DNA of 32,000 nucleotides, taken from assembly GCF_000017845.1 (NCBI RefSeq), contig NC_010546.1, forward strand, positions 2,850,001 to 2,882,000. The letters are read 5' to 3'. The notes under the pieces were generated by a model. That model did no database searches. It was not told the DNA's origin and was given only the letters and a program-made list of their open reading frames with translations. Positions within the stretch are counted from its first letter, which is position 1; every line of letters begins with the position of its first letter. Source of the stretch: Crocosphaera subtropica ATCC 51142 (GTDB lineage: Bacteria > Cyanobacteriota > Cyanobacteriia > Cyanobacteriales > Microcystaceae). This document shows, one piece after another, positions 28,964 through 32,000 of the stretch. The translations under genes and the position numbers were made by a program.

Positions 28964-29178
28964 GGTTAAATAGAGTGTGTGTGATGAGTAATCTTACTTC
29001 TCACCATAGCTAGAGATTAAAACGACCTCTTAAATTTGCTGTATTTTTATAAGATTTATCGTTAAGAATTTCTACTTAATAATCAAATCTTAACGCTGAT
29101 ATTTTCTGAAACTTAATTCAGATTATTTTATCCTAAGAATAGGAAAACCAGCTTTTAATTGATTGGACTAAGATTAAT

Positions 29179-30057
29179 ATGTTTCAAAATTGTTTGATTT
29201 GTACAGATTTTAAAGACGGCCTCTATCGTTTAGTAGACTTTGTTCCTCAGTTAGCGAATAATGGCCTCCAACGAATTGTCTTTCTTCATAGCATCTCTGT
29301 ATGGCAAGATGAAAAAGTAGCTAGAGTAGACGAAGAAAAAATTGCTCACGCCAAAAAACGTCTCGCCCCCGCCTTGGATAAGGTTCCTGATGGCGTAGAA
29401 GTCAAAATAGAAGTTCTCTCAGGAAAAGTCAAAGACTCGGTTCTACAACTGATTGAAACCTATGAGATTGATGTTGTCTTTACAGGAATGCCCATTCGTA
29501 ATGCCCTGGAAACCAAGATTTTTGGCAGCCATACCCTAGAGTTAGCTCCCTCCACCCCTATCCCTTTGATGGTGTTTCGTCCTCAACTGATTTCCACTTA
29601 CACTTGTGAGGAATTAAATTTACGCACCAACCATCTCTGGCGTTATTTATTGGTTCCTTATAATGATGGTGACTCAGCCCAGTATCTCCTCGAACGAATC
29701 AAACACATGGCTCAAAATCAACCCGATGGCTCTTTTCAACAATGTTTATTATTATGGGTGATTGATGAGGGTGGTCGTTCTCAAGAATTAAGTCAATATC
29801 ATCTCCAACAAGCACAAGACAAATTACATCAAATTCAACAAGACCTTGAAAGCCTTAATCTATCAGTGACCACAGAAATCCGTCAAGGGAACCCCTTAGA
29901 AGAAATTTTAGACGCAGCTATTGATTATGATATTAGTGCGATCGCTACCGCTTGTCATTATCGTTCTAATTTCCTAGAGTGGACTGCCCCCAGTTTAGCC
30001 AATGATATTCTTAGCCAAAGTTGGTTTCCCGTCTTATTTTTCTCTCCTGAGAAATAA
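29179..30057 (+). CDS. Tandem universal stress protein (two UspA-like domains)
   Basis: 292-aa ORF with two USP-like halves (ILICTDF...VDVVFTGM and LLVPYNDG...ISAIATACH). Confidence 0.65.
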   Translation: MFQNCLICTDFKDGLYRLVDFVPQLANNGLQRIVFLHSISVWQDEKVARVDEEKIAHAKKRLAPALDKVPDGVEVKIEVLSGKVKDSVLQLIETYEIDVVFTGMPIRNALETKIFGSHTLELAPSTPIPLMVFRPQLISTYTCEELNLRTNHLWRYLLVPYNDGDSAQYLLERIKHMAQNQPDGSFQQCLLLWVIDEGGRSQELSQYHLQQAQDKLHQIQQDLESLNLSVTTEIRQGNPLEEILDAAIDYDISAIATACHYRSNFLEWTAPSLANDILSQSWFPVLFFSPEK

Positions 30058-31605
30058 CTAAACAGTTGAGCCATTTCGAGAGGTAATATAAGCGGTTTTG
30101 AGCTTATTTTCAATGGTTGGTTTAAGCTTCTCAAATTCCTGTTTTAACATCCGTTTAGTAATTTGAGGTTTACCCCCTCGTAACAGTTGACTTTTATCAG
30201 CCCATTCCTGTAAATTTTGACATTGGTTGGGAGCAATCGTCGTCGTTAAAACGTGCTGACAGGCTTTACCTTTCTCTAAGGCAAAAAATAAAATCCAATA
30301 GGAGCCTGACTCTCCTAACAAACGAGCAAACCGTTGACCCGATGAACTTTTGAGATCAAGATAACAGGGCAACCATCTCGGTCCATGTTCACGATGATAC
30401 AGTACCGTAATCCATAAAATCATGGGATGGGGACTGGTAATAAAAACAAATTGATTGTAACGAATACTGGAAAGACGATTAGCAATATCTTCTTCATTAA
30501 GCATCACCCAAAGACTGGCAAAGTTACCTTCCGGGGATTTAATGATATGAGGAAAAACAATTTTTTGCTGGGGTTTATCCTCAGGCCAAGACATTTTTAA
30601 GCAAATATCATCCCCTTTTAAGCAAGTTCTCCTTAGACTAGACTTACTAGACTTAGTGGAGATATCAATCACTTTTTTAGGATTGGCCACTACCGTTTCT
30701 TGTTGCGATTCTAATTGAGAAGGTTCTAATTTTTCTAACTTTTGTAAAATTTCTGTTACCGTTTGTGGTCGCTCCCTAGGGGCTTTAGCCATACATTGAA
30801 AAATCAGGCGTTCTAACTCTGACGGCAGGTGAAGTTTAGAGGGAATCGGCTTAGGTTTGGCATAATGATGGGCTTCATACCAAGCCCCAAACGAAGAGTT
30901 TTCTGGGAAAATTGGCATTTCGCCGGTTAGCATTTCATACATCATCACCCCTAGACTATAGATGTCAGAACGACTATCCAATTCTTTCCCTTCAATCTGT
31001 TCTGGGGAACAATAAGCCAAAGTCCCCATAAATGACTGGGTTTGAGCCTCCCCTGACTGAATTAATTTAGCAATTCCAAAATCTAAAACTTTGACTAACT
31101 CCCCTAAGGCTGGATCCTGAACTAAGAAAACATTACTTGGTTTAATATCTCGGTGAATAATAGGACACATTTCCCCTTCAAACATAATCCCTTTGTGGGC
31201 GCATTCAAGACCAAAACAAATCTGTCGCGTGATCTTTAAAAATCTGGGCAGCGATAGAGGTCGAAACTTGATGACTTCACTGAGACTTTCCCCTTTGAGA
31301 AATTCCATCACATAAAAAGGGATTTCCTTTTCGTCCACGCCATAGTCTCGAACTCGTACAATATGATTACTTTTTTCCCCCAACAACGCAGAAACGGTGG
31401 CTTCTCGCTCAAACCGCTCACGCATTTTACTATTGAGTAGGGCTTGAGACAAAAATTTAACGGCAACAGTAACACCACCAAGCAGTTTATCTTCAGCACG
31501 ATAGACTTGACCCATCGCACCACTGCCAGCAATATCGACCAATTGATAGCGGTTAGCCAATAAACGACGTTGATGAGGTTCTTTCATGGTAACTGGGGGA
31601 TTCAT
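30058..31605 (-). CDS. Ser/Thr protein kinase (Hanks type) with an unassigned ~200-aa C-terminal domain
   Basis: 515-aa ORF with GSGAMGQVY, VAVKF, HRDIKPSNVF, DFGIAK and GTLAYCSPEQ all intact. I did not recognise the C-terminal part (residues ~320-515). Confidence 0.9.
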   Translation of the reverse strand: MNPPVTMKEPHQRRLLANRYQLVDIAGSGAMGQVYRAEDKLLGGVTVAVKFLSQALLNSKMRERFEREATVSALLGEKSNHIVRVRDYGVDEKEIPFYVMEFLKGESLSEVIKFRPLSLPRFLKITRQICFGLECAHKGIMFEGEMCPIIHRDIKPSNVFLVQDPALGELVKVLDFGIAKLIQSGEAQTQSFMGTLAYCSPEQIEGKELDSRSDIYSLGVMMYEMLTGEMPIFPENSSFGAWYEAHHYAKPKPIPSKLHLPSELERLIFQCMAKAPRERPQTVTEILQKLEKLEPSQLESQQETVVANPKKVIDISTKSSKSSLRRTCLKGDDICLKMSWPEDKPQQKIVFPHIIKSPEGNFASLWVMLNEEDIANRLSSIRYNQFVFITSPHPMILWITVLYHREHGPRWLPCYLDLKSSSGQRFARLLGESGSYWILFFALEKGKACQHVLTTTIAPNQCQNLQEWADKSQLLRGGKPQITKRMLKQEFEKLKPTIENKLKTAYITSRNGSTV

Positions 31606-31680
31606 AATAGTTCATTAATGGTCAGATATCAATAACAAATTAGGGGTTAGGAACAAGGGTTTGAAAATAGAAAATAAGAA

Positions 31681-31995
31681 TCATAATTGACGTTCAAATC
31701 TAGCTTCCATCGTGCTTGTGAGGTAATGGCCACTCAGCAGCCCCCCAGAAAAATGATAGGTATGATTATTAAGACGGTAAAATGTTTCAAAGCCACTGCG
31801 TCTTTGGCGATCGCCTAACACCCAATAGCGTTGAATAATCGAGTCTGGGCCGATCCATCCTTCCCCTTCTACTTTGCCTAAAACACTTTGCTGAAGAACA
31901 TAGGTATATTCCCGTTCTTCTCCACTTAGATGTCCTCGGTATTGAAAGGCGATTTCAGGGCGATCACTTTCAGGAAATACCAATTTAGTGACCAT
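31681..31995 (-). CDS. Hypothetical protein
   Basis: 104-aa ORF with normal composition and a HIP1 site inside. I recognised no family. Confidence 0.45.
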   Translation of the reverse strand: MVTKLVFPESDRPEIAFQYRGHLSGEEREYTYVLQQSVLGKVEGEGWIGPDSIIQRYWVLGDRQRRSGFETFYRLNNHTYHFSGGLLSGHYLTSTMEARFERQL

Positions 31996-32000
31996 GGTGA

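Noticed and set aside
30058-31605. The possibility that the Ser/Thr kinase is a pseudokinase
   Set aside because: The Gly-loop, VAVK lysine, HRD, DFG and SPE motifs are all present, so nothing suggests inactivity.

Overview
The window reads as ordinary chromosomal DNA from an AT-rich unicellular cyanobacterium. By eye there are at least 16 perfect copies of the HIP1 octamer GCGATCGC, and the housekeeping genes are cyanobacterial in type (petM, psb28-like, atpD/atpC). A Cyanothece/Crocosphaera-like origin is only an inference. I found no rRNA, tRNA, CRISPR array, transposase, integrase or recognisable defence genes.

Gene content, left to right:
- Two adjacent FHA-domain c-di-GMP turnover proteins. 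One is cut by the window edge and has a degenerate GDDEF motif. The other is FHA-PAS-GGDEF-EAL.
- pdxA, an unannotated petM, and a divergent psb28 paralogue directly upstream of a split UPF0016 (Mn transporter type) gene pair.
- An orphan amino-acid binding protein.
- A tight five-gene operon: MurG-like glycosyltransferase (GT), two GT4 enzymes, an MsbA-type ABC exporter and an APH/WaaP-like kinase.
- SpoIID.
- Two paralogous Crp/Fnr regulators that converge on a small, tentatively ComFB-like ORF.
- miaB and atpD-atpC.
- Several membrane or hypothetical genes, an alpha/beta hydrolase, a GT2, a metallophosphoesterase, a tandem USP, and a Ser/Thr kinase with an unassigned C-terminal domain.

Most interesting non-obvious signals:
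1. The Crp / small ORF / Crp cassette, with two rare GTACG-N4-CGTAC (TGTA-N8-TACA type) palindromes flanking the first regulator.
2. A collinear, repeated upstream leader, including an identical 15-mer with a palindromic core. It is shared by the GT/ABC/kinase operon and a distant membrane-protein gene.
3. The uncharacterised GT/exporter/kinase operon itself.
4. The FHA-GGDEF pair, which links phospho-Thr signalling to c-di-GMP.

None of these is proven to be a new system. All functional links are inference from sequence reading without database searches.
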